From contig CM068771.1 in the NCBI GenBank assembly GCA_035084275.1, positions 4,216,001 through 4,280,000 on the forward strand: a stretch of DNA of 64,000 nucleotides, written 5' to 3'. Position 1 is the stretch's first letter. Every line of letters starts with the position of its first letter. Source of the stretch: Hydrolagus colliei (taxonomy: Eukaryota). Made by a program: the position numbers and the translations under genes. The notes beneath the pieces were generated by a model that saw only the letters and a list, made by a program, of their open reading frames with translations, was not told the origin of the DNA and searched no databases. Positions 38,001 to 49,863 of the stretch are shown here, in pieces.

Positions 38001-41000
38001 TGCAGACGAACCAGCCAGCGCGTGTACGCACGTTACTCAATAAAGTCACGCATTTTTTCCTTCGCGCATGTTTGAGTTCACAATTGAGAAAGTTGCGATC
38101 GACGAGTGCCTACTGTAACTCTGTTGAGCTTTATTCTGCGTAGTGTATTCCTTGTTGTTGTTGTAAACAGGTAGTTTGACCACTAAATAATACTGTATTC
38201 AATATTGGTTTCTAACAGTTTTGCTTTGTATCCTCCAGATCTTGAGAAGACAATTGGTAAGTCATCAAAGTAAAATAACAATCTCATATTATGATTACTC
38301 TCACTCACAAGGTTCACACAAATCAGACGTAAGGTGGTGTTACAACACTTCTGTTTGCCAACAAAAGGCAAAGTTACTACACTCTCCTGTCAACCTGGGG
38401 AAATGCTCATGGGGAGCCAAATCAAATTCAAGGATTATTATTATGGTATAATGTTAACTTGCAGTTCTTTAGCGCTCTCCACGCAGGGTAGCATCTCAAA
38501 GCACTTAAGAATGGCGGAGCCTGACTGTGGTCTGGTGGGGCGGTTGGGCCGTAAGCATGTAGGAAAAGGAATGTTTTAAGGCAGGTCTTAAGGGGAGATG
38601 GGGAGCAAGGCAGAGGGATTGAAAGAGAGTGTTCCATTGTTTCGGGGATCGGTCGCTGAATGTATAACCGCCAAAGGTGGAGAGGAGGGAAAGTTCGCTG
38701 GGAAGTTGACATGTATATGAGATACATGATAAGAGATTTGAAGGAGTATATGGAAAGGGCAGAACAGCTGCTTTAAGAACAGATTGCTTTAATAATTCTT
38801 ACAAACTAGATATTTCACATCATTAACTGTTCCTTTTCTTCGCTGAGACAACAGTGGCTTGTCAATATACACACATTTCAGGGAGGGGGTGGGTTGGATA
38901 GAATGAGCAAGTTTGTCAGTAACACAGGGAGTGAGCCAATGATGGAGGGATGGAGGAAATGAAAGAAGAAGGTATTGAGAGAGAACAACAACAATATTGC
39001 ACTTATATAGCGCTTTTCACGTCGGGAGGACGTCCCAAAGCGTCTCCCAAAACATTGCCTGAAAAGGTGGTGGAGGCTGATTCGATAACTTTTAAAAGGG
39101 AATTAGATCTTTATTTAGGGAGAACGGGTCTATTAGGCTATGGGGAGCGGGCAGGGCAGTGGGATTGAATCGCTCTTTTCAAAGAGCCGGCACAGACTAG
39201 ATGGGCCGAATGGCCTCCTTTTGTGCCGTAAAATTCTATGATTCTATGATTCTAAGGGAGTGATTTGGGAGCTACATAAGGTTTGATCACTTCTCTCTTG
39301 GTTCTAGGGTGGAAGAGGATTTGTAGGTGTGCAGGTAAGAGTCTGACTGCTAAAGGAACCTGACTCCCCCCCAACCACCCCGCCACACACTCACATTCCC
39401 TCCCCACCCACCCCCCACACACATGGACTCAATCCCCACCCACACACATACTCCCGCTGAGGATGGTGTGGGGGTATGTGATGGTATCTCACACACCATC
39501 ACATACCCCCACACCACTCACACACACTCACATCTCTCTCCCACACACACCATCAAATCCCCCCGACACACACATCACCTCACTCCACACCCCCCACACA
39601 ACAACAAATATTACATTTCAAGATCGCCTTTCACATTGGGAAGATGTCCCAAGGCGCTGAACAGTCGGGTCAGGACCCGAGCAAGGGGGAGGGGCAAGGT
39701 GGGTGGGGGGAGGGGAGGGAGAGAGTTGGGAGGGCAGCTGATGGCACTGACCAAGAGGAGAGTCTTGAGACTGGCCTTGAAGGAGGTGAAGGGGAAGTGA
39801 GGTGAAGGGACTATGGGATGGAGTTTCAGAGTGTGGGGGCAGAGGCTGAAAGCCCGGCCACCAATGGGAGGGCAGATCAAGCGGAGAACATGGAGCAGAC
39901 TGGAGCCCGGGGTAGGCAGGTTGATAGGATGTCAGCTGGTCAGAGAGATAGGAGGGGGCAAGGTAGTGAATCATCTTGAAAGTGAGGACAACACAAACAC
40001 CCCCCCCACAATGCACATAACCTCACAAGCCTCCAACACAACTCTCCCTCCTCCCCCCGCCCCCCCCCACAAAAACACACACACCCACAAACACCCTCGC
40101 ATTCCCTCCCAACACACGCCCTCACATCTTCCCTCTGGCCCCCCCACCGCCGCACACATCCTCACTTCCCCTCACCTACACACACCCTCATATCTCCCCC
40201 CACAACACACATAGTCACATCTCCCGCACACACCCTCAAACAACACTCCTCCACATAACCCACAAACACCCTTACAGCTCTCCCCCCCACACCTGCAAAT
40301 TGCTCAGCCAAACACACCCTCATATTCCCCCCACCAAACACACTCACACCCGAACCCTGCACACCCTCAGTCACAACTCCCCCACCACACACATCCTTGC
40401 ATTCCTCACCCACACATATCCCCCCATACACACCCTCATATCCCCTCCACACACGTCAAACTCCACCCACATAAACCCTCACATAACCCTCACATCCCCA
40501 CACACACAGCCTCACATTCCCCCTCACCCACACACCCTCACATCCCCCCTACACACACACCCTCACATCCCCCTACACACACAGCCTCACATCCCCCCTA
40601 CACACACACACCCTCACATCCCCCTACACACACACACCCTCACATCCCCCTACACACACACCCTCACATCCCCCCTACACACACACACCCTCACATCCCC
40701 CCTACACACACACACCCTCACATCCCCCTACACACACACACCCTCACATCCCCCTACACACACAGCCTCACATTCCCCCTCACCCACATACCCTCACATC
40801 CCCCCTACACACACACACCCTCACATCCCCCCTACACACACACACCCTCACATCCCCCCTACACACACACACCCTCACATCCCCCCTCCACACTGACACA
40901 CCCCAGTCCACACACACCCTCACATTCCCCCCTCCTCCCCCCCCCCAACACACACCCTCACATCCCCCCCCAACACACACCCTCACATCCCATCACACAC

Positions 41001-41813
41001 TCACCCCCAACACAAACATTTCCCACCCCCACACATGCTCATAATCCCCTCCAGCCTTACATCATCCCCACACACCCTCACATCCCACCCCTCACACACA
41101 CCCTCACATCCCACCCCTCACACACATGCACATCACCCCCTCTTCCTCTCCCCTCCACACACCCCCCCCACATCACCGCCCTCCTCGTCCCCCCCCCCCC
41201 CCCCACATCACCCCCCCCCCCCCCCCCCCACCCACAGACTCTGAGCCTTTGTGTTGGATTCTGTTCCCAGGAGATGTCAGTGTTTGACACAAAGGCTTCT
41301 CTCCCGAAGCTGAAGATCATCTTATTTATAATTGTCAATGTGTCCGACATTAATGGTCTGGTTCTCACTCTAGTTACAGTCACTCTGGATCCTGACACAG
41401 CCCATCCCCGGCTCATCCTGTCTGAGGCCCAGACCAGTGTGAGATACGGAGACACATGGCAGCCGCTCCCTGACACCCCAAAGAGGTTTAGTGTCTATGC
41501 CATTGTCCTGGGGTCTGAGGGCTTCACATCAGGGAGACATTACTGGGAGGTGCAGGTGGGGAACAAGACAAGGTGGATTGTGGGATTGGCCAGAGAGTCT
41601 GTCAACAGGAAACAACCGATCACATGGTCACCAGGGGGCGGGGTCTGGGGGGTGGAGCTGGGGGGCGGGGCCTATGAGGCTCTGACGTCACCCCCCACCC
41701 CCCTGCCCCTGACAGTGAGACCCGGGAAGGTCGGAGTTCACCTGGACTATGAGGGGGGACAGGTGTCAGTTTACGACGCTGATCACATGTCTCATCTCCA
41801 CACCTTCACCTAA
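29067..41813 (+). CDS. Butyrophilin-like protein, copy B, C-terminally truncated (~428 aa). Exons 29067-29124, 35178-35525, 35730-36005, 37383-37502, 38239-38256, 39308-39334, 41374-41813 (ancestral stop at 41892-41894)
   Basis: Same exon lengths and splice sites as copy A; CAA->TAA at 41811 removes the last 27 aa of B30.2; the intron between SP and IgV exons carries CR1 and hAT-like insertions. May be a pseudogene. Confidence 0.82.
29163..31519 (-). mobile_element. Young 5'-truncated CR1 LINE with an uninterrupted ORF2 fragment (C-terminal endonuclease region + RT), present only in unit B
   Basis: ORF 29252-31609 contains [31 protein letters not shown] and FADD; (ATTCTATG)n 3' tail at 29163; absent at the matching site 5962 in unit A; ~3-bp target deletion, no TSD. 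Confidence 0.95.
31899..34533 (+). mobile_element. Non-autonomous hAT-like DNA transposon (2.6 kb), unit B; replaces ~90 bp of flank, no TSD
   Basis: TIRs CAAGGCCGTACGCAGG ... CCTGCGTACGGCCCTG; absent in unit A at 6345-6430; carries a DeuSINE and an RTE fragment. Confidence 0.9.
32600..32997 (-). mobile_element. tRNA-derived DeuSINE (SacSINE1/AmnSINE1-like) carried inside the hAT-like element (also 54563-54960 and ~59083-59480, + strand)
   Basis: A/B-box head (TGGCACAGTGAATAG, GGTTCAAACCC), Deu-like core ggatcttttcacatccatc...gacctcggttcagcatctc, L2-like tail. Confidence 0.7.
35178..35525 (+). CDS. BTN-B IgV exon
   Basis: 348-bp paralog of 7083-7430, open frame. Confidence 0.9.
35730..36005 (+). 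CDS. BTN-B IgC exon
   Basis: 276-bp paralog of 7635-7910, open frame. Confidence 0.9.
37383..37502 (+). CDS. BTN-B transmembrane exon
   Basis: Same translation as copy A TM exon. Confidence 0.87.
39054..39253 (+). mobile_element. 200-bp 3' fragment of the same young CR1 family, unit B only
   Basis: Nearly identical to the 3' end of the 29163 element, ends attctatgattct; unit A has the empty site caaaac|aagggag at 10996. Confidence 0.92.
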
Positions 41814-41894
41814 ACTTTCACTGAGAGACTCTATCCTCTCTTCTATCCCGGGTTTGATTCTGAGCCTCTGACAATCTGCCCAGTGACTGGTTAA
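41374..41894 (+). CDS. BTN-B B30.2 exon with premature stop at 41811-41813
   Basis: acc taa act in B versus acc caa act in A; the downstream frame still encodes [26 protein letters not shown]. Confidence 0.9.
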
Positions 41895-42910
41895 CGAGGA
41901 GGAAAACGCTGAGACATTGACTAGGTTCACAGGTTGGTGGGGGGGGGGGGGGGGGGGGGGGGCTGGGGTGGGGGGGGAGGGGGTTGAGTGGCCATTTTAA
42001 GATGAGAGTTGGCTTTGGGTCAGTATCAATGGGGGGGGGGGGGGAATCAATCGCCTTGGCAACCAACCGCTGACAAGGTGTGAGAGCGGCAAGAGGGGCC
42101 CATGTGTTGCGGTTGCTGGGAGGACTGACTGAGGTCCTCCTCATGGCTTTCCCTCCCATCTCTCATTAAATGGTGAGGGGGCGGGGGGAGATAGGGACTG
42201 AGCCCCCACCAGCCCTCACCACCCACCGTCTATTTGACTGTTGTAACCGCGAGGTTTGGATGGAGCCGAGTGTTTGATTCTGGGCTTTTCCCCCAGTTTT
42301 GAGCTGAGTCTGAGACAGGAATCAATTACAATGAAAACTTCATCACCAGCTGGTCTCTGGGCTTGTGCTGAGAGAATCTGAGCTTCCATCAGTGTGTGAG
42401 CTCACACGGTCTGAGACAGGGATATCGGCTGATATCTTCCTCTCCAGCAATGCCCAGTCTCACAGTCGGGGGCTGGGCTCAGAATCTCACTGAAATCTCC
42501 CAAATCACTTTAGTGTCTATAAACAAGGTGACACATTCTACTCTAGCGTCAGCCTCGTCTCACTGTGTATAAACAATGTGTAATGTGTATTTTCAGTGAC
42601 TACTTTTATAATCTGTGTAACATTTCTCATTCACTGTAACAATCACTCAAGACCTTTAACCCTCATTAAATCAATGTCCCGTTGTCTAGTCAAGTTGATA
42701 TTATTATAGAAAATATTGTCATTGATTTGCAAAATACAAGAGCAATTAACAATAAATCATGTTATGTCATTATTTTATGCCCAATGATTATACACACTCT
42801 ACACACTCTCCTCCCCCTCCCTCTCCCACCCCCACCACCCCCGATACACTCAGACACTGATACACACACCACTGACCATCAACCCCTGATACAAGAACAC
42901 CAACAAGTTA

Positions 42911-43427
42911 CAGGTAGACCCCACTTAACATCGCCTCGGTTAACATACTTTCGTTATTACATTGCTGATACATTGGAAACACACAAATATCCCTCCCCGA
43001 CCGTGGAGGATACGTTCCTGAACCCCCCCCCCCCAAGTGATTAGTAAAACCGTGGTTGGCAAATACAAGGCCAACCGCGTGTCTGGTTGATGTAACTGGG
43101 TCATCGCACCAAACTCTAGTGTTAGTGTTGAAACCCATGGATGCGCAAAATTCACTGCCGCGGTTGGCAAAGGTTGTCGCAGAGAGGAAACCACGGATAC
43201 GGAGTGGGCAGCGAGAGAGATCATCAGTGAGTGAGTGAGCCAGGAAGGCAGTCAGGGAGTGAGTGTAATGGGTTTGTTTTTAGAATTTTTTGACTAAAAA
43301 TGTCCAAAAGAACCTAAATCCAGTTTTAACATTCATTCTTATGGGAAACATGTAATCACTTAACGTTGTTTCGCTTAAAGTCGCACTTTTCAAGAACCAA
43401 ACTACGATGTTAAGCGGGGTCTACCTG
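42911..43427. mobile_element. Tigger/pogo-type MITE with TA TSD, unit B
   Basis: Paralog of 14248-14771 with the same TIRs. Confidence 0.9.
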
Positions 43428-45789
43428 TACATTTTCACAGCATCTTTCATGTCAGGAGGACGTCCCTAGGCGCTGACAATCAGGGATCCCCACCTGATCT
43501 GGTGTTTGGGATCAGGAGGGGTGGAGGACAGGGAGGGGAGGGTAAGAGGTTTACCAATGGCACGGTTGAATAGGGGGGTCTTCAGATGCGGCTTGAAGGA
43601 AGCAATGGAGGGCGTGAGGTGGAGAGACTGAGGGTGCGTGCAGAGAGGTTGATAGTTCACCTGCCAATGAGAGGGCGGAGCAGTTGATCGAGTTGTTATT
43701 ACTGTATCATTGTCTTCAAGCTACTTGTGCACTTCTTATGAAGCTTTGCCTGATTTTCTGCTGTTTCCCACCCTTTTCCCCCCAAATGTCAGTTCACATT
43801 ACAAACCGTTTGATTTGTATTTCTAACTAACCCCAGCACTTTCCGGAAGTTTATTTGATGTTTTAAGCTTTTTTCCAGCACTTTCTAGAAGTTGATCACC
43901 AGTAGGCACCTTCACGTGAACGTTTGGCTAATTTCCATCTGCACTTCCATCTTGAAACATCCGTTGATTTGTATAAATTTCACACATGTTCACATTGAAA
44001 TAATAATAACTTCACATTAACTTACGTTCAACGTCAAGGTGTTTTGAACAATTTTAATGAAGATTTGGCTGATTTCCAGCTGTGTCTTAAAACGTTCCCA
44101 AAATTTCAACAAATATTCAGAACAATTTGATCTGAATTTCCAGTTTATTAGAGCACTTTCCAGGAGTTTCAGCGAATTTTCAGCTGTTTTTCCAGCACTT
44201 TCTAGAAGTTACAGTAGTCATCAGTAGTGCCCAGCCCACTTTCATGTGAACTTTTGGCTCATTTCCAGCTGCATATTTTTTAAATATGTGTTGATTTCCA
44301 TCAATTTAGCACATTTCAATTCACTTTACAGTATATTCTGTGAAGCGCTTTGTTACGTCGATAAGACATGAAAAAGCGCTGTATCAAATGCAAGGATTAT
44401 TATTATTATTTTTATATTAAACTTACATTCGACTTCAAGATGTTTGTTACCCATTTATATTACCCATTTCTGACACATAATGAATATCTGTCTGATTTCC
44501 GAAAGTGTCTTAACACTTTCTTCAAGTTTCAACAAAAGTTCCAAGCAATTTCCCTCTTTTCCCCCCTTTCTCCCTTGACCCCACTTCCGTGACTGTTTAT
44601 CGGACGCTGCCGTGCGCAGTTTGGCTGCCACGTTTCGCCCACAAATATAGTCAATTCTCCTCTCCTTCATCCTACCCCAACCCCTCCCCCCCTTCTCTTG
44701 TCCCTACCTGACTGTACAGCGCCTTGGGATGTCCTCTCAATGTGAAAGGCGCCACGTAAATGTAAGTTTTGATTGATAGATTGATTGTTTGTTTGATTGA
44801 TTGATTGATTGATTGATGGATCAATCAATCGAATGAATGAATGAATGAATGAATGTCCAATGGTTTCCAGAACTTTCTAGAAGCTTTAACACATTTTCAG
44901 CTGTTTTTCCAGCACTTTCTAGAAGTTACAGTAGTCACCAGTAGTGCCCAGCCCACTTTCACGTGAACTTTTGGCTCATTTCCAGCTGTACATTCTTGAA
45001 ATATCTGCTGATTTCCATTAATTTAGCACATTTCAATTCACTTTACAGTACATTCTGTGAAGCGCTTTGTGACGTCGATAAGACGTGAAAAAGCACCAGA
45101 TCAAATGCGAGGATTATTATTATTATTTTCATATTAAGATAATAATTACAACTTCACGCAAACTTACATTCAACTTCAAGATGTTTTTGACACATTTACA
45201 CATTTACATTGCACATAATGAATCTCTGGCTGATTTCCCAAAGTGTCTTAACTCTTTCCCCAGTTTCAGCAAAAGTTCCAAGCAATTGTATCTGAACGCC
45301 CGATGGTTTCCAGAACTCTCCGGAAGCTTTCGCACACATCCAGCACTTTCCAGAAGCTACCGGCCGCGCCTGGTAATTTCGCATGAACCTCTGGCACGTG
45401 GCCAGCTGATCGTTCTGGAAGTTTAACCCGATTCCCGTTGATCCCGGACGTCTCTGCACAATCACAACAACAATAATAATAATTCCACACGAATTCGCGG
45501 TTGATTCCGGCTGTTTTTCCCGCTAATTTTCAGCAGATTGCCAGCAGTTTGGAGGCATTGTTTTTTTACTGAAGTTTGGGGCAGATTTTCAGGTGTTTGA
45601 GCCCCTTTTCCCTGTTGACCCCCACAGGTCTGAGCCCCTCCCCCAGGTCTGAGCCCCTCCCCCAGGTCTGAGCCCCTCCCCCAGATCTGAGCCCCTCCCC
45701 CAGGTCTGAGCCCCTCCCCCAGGTCTGAGCCCCTCCCCCAGGTCTGAGCCCCTCCCCCAGGTCTGAGCCCCTCCCCCAGGTCTGAGCCC

Positions 45790-46070
45790 CGCCCCCAGGT
45801 CAGATCTCCCAGAGCTGGGAATGAAGTTCCTCTGATTTCCAGCTGTTTCTGGACTGGGTTCCTTCCTGAAGTCTCCACAACGTTCCACGCGCTCCGATTG
45901 GCCGCCGACCAGGAAGCGGCCGGGGGCGTCCTCTTTGTGACATCACCTTGACGCCCTCTGATTGGCCCCCCTCCACCCCCCCCCCCCCCCCCCCGAGGCC
46001 GCCAGGCCCCGCCCACAACCAAGAAACCAGCCTTTATATACAGGGCGAGGAGTGAAGCCAGGCTCAGACA
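45790..46070 (+). promoter_or_regulatory. HSP70-B core promoter
   Basis: Near-identical to 17110-17370. Confidence 0.75.
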
Positions 46071-46505
46071 CTGAGACAGACTGAGAGTCAGACTGACACT
46101 GAGACAGACTGACACTGAGACAGACTGACACTGAGACAGACTGACACTGAGACAGACTGACACTGAGACAGGCTGACACTGAGACAGACTGACACTGAGA
46201 CAGACTGACACTGAGACAGACTGACACTGAGACAGACTGACACTGAGACAGACTGACACTGAGACAGACTGACACTGAGACAGACTGACGCTGAGAGGGG
46301 CTGAGAGACTGAAAGCCTGAGAAACAAGAAGGGAGAGCGAGAGAAAGAAGAGAGAGAGCGAAGGACGGAGCTACAAGAAGAAGACATAAAGAGGAAAACA
46401 CCTTCGCGGCGACTTCAGTCCAAGACTCACTGACATTGGGACAGCGATTCGGAGCCAAAGGATCTAAGTCACGTACAGACGCGCTCACGTACAGACGGCA
46501 GGACA

Positions 46506-48410
46506 ATGGCCCCAGCGATTGGCATCGACCTGGGCACCACCTACTCGTGTGTGGGTGTGTTCCAGCACGGCAAGGTGGAGATCATCGCCAACGACCAGGG
46601 CAACCGCACCACACCCAGCTACGTGGCCTTCAACGACACCGAGAGGCTGATCGGCGAAGCCGCCAAGAACCAAGCAGCCCTCAACCCCCCCAACACCGTC
46701 TTCGATGCCAAGAGGCTGATCGGGAGGAAGTTCGATGACCCTGTGGTGCAGGCGGACATGAAGCACTGGCCTTTCCAGGTGGTGAGCCAGGGGGGCAAGC
46801 CCAAGGTGCAGGTTGAGTACAAGGGAGAGTCCAAGACGTTCAACCCCGAAGAGATCTCGTCCATGGTTCTGACCAAGATGAAGGAGATCGCCGAGGCTTA
46901 TCTGGGCTCCAGAGTCACCAACGCTGTCATCACGGTGCCCGCTTACTTCAACGACTCCCAGCGCCAGGCCACCAAAGACGCCGGGATGATCGCGGGGCTC
47001 AACGTCCTTCGCATCATTAATGAGCCCACGGCAGCTGCCATCGCCTACGGTCTGGACAAGAAGGGCCAGGGGGAGAAGAACGTCCTGATCTTTGACCTGG
47101 GTGGAGGCACCTTCGACGTGTCCATCCTCGCCATCGACGGCGGGATCTTTGAGGTCAAATCCACAGCCGGTGACACCCACCTGGGGGGCGAGGACTTTGA
47201 CAGCCGTATGGTCGACCACTTCATCCAGGAGTTCAAGAGGAAAAACAAGAGGGACATCAGCCAGAACAAGAGAGCAGTCAGGAGGCTGAGGACAGCCTGC
47301 GAGAGAGCAAAGAGGACTCTGTCTTCAAGCACCCAAGCCAGCATTGAGATCGACTCACTGTTTGAGGGAATTGACTTCTACACCTCCATCACCAGGGCAC
47401 GGTTTGAGGAGCTCAATGGAGACCTGTTCAGAGGAACCCTGGAGCCAGTGGAGAAAGCGTTGACAGACGCCAAGCTGGACAAGTCTCAGATCCACGAAGT
47501 TGTCCTCGTCGGTGGCTCCACTCGCATCCCGAAGATCCAGAAGCTTCTACAGGATTTCTTCAACGGCCGAGAGCTGAACAAGAGCATCAACCCGGATGAG
47601 GCAGTGGCCTACGGGGCAGCTGTGCAAGCCGCCATCTTGATGGGCGACAAGTCTGAGAATGTGCAGGATCTGCTCCTGCTGGACGTGACTCCTCTGTCCC
47701 TGGGTCTGGAGACAGCGGGAGGCGTCATGACCTCCCTCATCAAGAGAAACTCAACCATACCCTCCAAACAGACCCAGGTCTTCACCACCTACTCCGACAA
47801 CCAGTCCGGTGTCTTGGTGCAAGTCTACGAGGGCGAGAGAGCCATGACCAAGGACAACAACCTCCTGGGCAAGTTTGAGCTGAGTGGAATCCCCCCGGCT
47901 CCCCGCGGGGTCCCGCAGATCCAGGTTACCTTCGACATCGATGCCAACGGCATCCTTAGTGTCTCGGCCGCTGACAAGAGCACTGGTAATGAGAACAAGA
48001 TCACCATCACCAACGAGAAGGGCCGGCTGAGCAAGGAGGAGATCGAGAGGATGGTGCAGGAGGCTGAGAGGTACAAGGCGGATGATGAGACGCAGCGGGA
48101 GAGGGTGATGGCCAAGAACAAGCTGGAGTCGTTCGTCTACACAGCCAAATGTGCGATGGAGGACAAGAGCATGGAGGGCAAGGTGGGAGAGGAGGACAGG
48201 CGGCAGGTGCTGGACAAGTGCAAACAGGTCATCAACTGGCTGGATGGAAACCAGACAGCGGAGAAGGAAGAGTTTGAGCACCAGCTGAAGGAGCTGGAGA
48301 GGGTGTGCAGTCCTGTCATGGCCAGGCTGAGGCAGGGAGGGGCAGAGGGCGGTCAGCGATCAGGCAAGAGCTGCCCATCTACCGGCCCAACCGTGGAGGA
48401 AGTCGATTAA
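46506..48410 (+). CDS. hsp70: Intronless inducible-type cytosolic HSP70, copy B (634 aa, ends GPTVEEVD)
   Basis: Full HSP70 signatures, single exon, cytosolic EEVD terminus, HSE/TATA promoter. Confidence 0.97.
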   Translation: MAPAIGIDLGTTYSCVGVFQHGKVEIIANDQGNRTTPSYVAFNDTERLIGEAAKNQAALNPPNTVFDAKRLIGRKFDDPVVQADMKHWPFQVVSQGGKPKVQVEYKGESKTFNPEEISSMVLTKMKEIAEAYLGSRVTNAVITVPAYFNDSQRQATKDAGMIAGLNVLRIINEPTAAAIAYGLDKKGQGEKNVLIFDLGGGTFDVSILAIDGGIFEVKSTAGDTHLGGEDFDSRMVDHFIQEFKRKNKRDISQNKRAVRRLRTACERAKRTLSSSTQASIEIDSLFEGIDFYTSITRARFEELNGDLFRGTLEPVEKALTDAKLDKSQIHEVVLVGGSTRIPKIQKLLQDFFNGRELNKSINPDEAVAYGAAVQAAILMGDKSENVQDLLLLDVTPLSLGLETAGGVMTSLIKRNSTIPSKQTQVFTTYSDNQSGVLVQVYEGERAMTKDNNLLGKFELSGIPPAPRGVPQIQVTFDIDANGILSVSAADKSTGNENKITITNEKGRLSKEEIERMVQEAERYKADDETQRERVMAKNKLESFVYTAKCAMEDKSMEGKVGEEDRRQVLDKCKQVINWLDGNQTAEKEEFEHQLKELERVCSPVMARLRQGGAEGGQRSGKSCPSTGPTVEEVD

Positions 48411-49863
48411 ACGTCAGCCGATGGACTTCCTGCCCCTTTGGCTTTTCTGTACCTGCTCAGGTGTTAATCTTTCCCACCTTCAGACACTTTGGGATATATG
48501 TATAAATGATAAACGTATAGGGCTATGGGTTAAGAGTAAGGGTGTGGGACTGATTGGGTAGATCTTTCAAACAGCCAGCGCAGATACAATGGGCCTAATG
48601 GTCTACTTATTTGCGGTAAGATTGAATGATTCTATGTATATTTTGAACTAATGATCTGCTATGAATGTATGTCACAGCGACAGCAGCTGGACTCCGAATT
48701 TTATTTTATTAAACTGTTTGTACCCGATGTACTTCTGTGTGTGTGTGTGTGTGTGTGTGAGATTCATACTGGCTCAAACACTGGGGCCCTCAACTCTGAG
48801 TCAGAAGGTTGTGGGTGGAAGCCACACACTGGGCCGTGGAACCACAGTCTACCATGACACTTGAATGCAGGCGCTGGGTGGGGAGGGGGAGGGGGAGGGT
48901 GGAGGGTTTGCGACATCGTCAGAACTGGCATCCTTCAAACAAAACATTAAAGTGAGCTCCTGTCAGCGCAGTGTTTCACAAACAGTTGTGGATTTCGTGA
49001 GCAAATGTTATTATTGTTAAGGGATTGTGACCCCAGTAAAGTGATCGGAAATCGCCCTAGAACTGTGGTCCTTTTCCCTGCAGGATAAACAGAGGCGTGT
49101 GGAATGGCGGTGTTGATGGGGAAACTTCACCCTATTATTCACAGTAAAACATCAATAATAATCCTGACGTTTGAGAAGCGCCTTTCGTGTCAGGTGGACA
49201 TCTCAAAGAGCTTCACAGGTTACACCATAAACATAAGAGCTGAGAACTTCCAGAACATTATTAAACAGTAAAATTCACATCAGTATTATTGCTAACACAC
49301 CTGGACCCGAGTAAATTTACCTTTCCCTCGTGTCTCCCGATGTAGTTAAGTTAGAGGGCGATATCAGAAACAGAATCATTTACTGAGGGTTAAATTGACC
49401 GGCTGGGTGGATACAATGGACGCCGGTTAAATCGGACACGAAAGAGCCGAGCATTTAATCTGAAATAAGCAGCTTCTGAGGCTGACCGCTATCGATGTAT
49501 TAAATCTCATCCTTTGTTTTAACCCAATTACTGACAACATAGTAACGCCAATTACTACAACATATAGCGCCTCTGACGTCAGGAGGAAGTCCCGAGGCAC
49601 TGTCACCAATTGCTGATGTGTAAAGCCCTGAACACAATGCTCACTGTCATTTACAAACTAAGAAGGTGATTGATACCTTGATAAATAGTGTTCACAGAAA
49701 ACGGGTAAAAAAAGAAGTGACAGAAACTTAAACTTTTTTATTGAAAAGTTCTCTCAAGTCGGACTGTACGAGATCAGCGTGGCGTCGCTCTCTGATGCTC
49801 GCAACGATGTCGTTAAGTGCGTTCGAAAACTTGTTGTAGAGTCCGCTCTTTAGTAAGAAGCGT

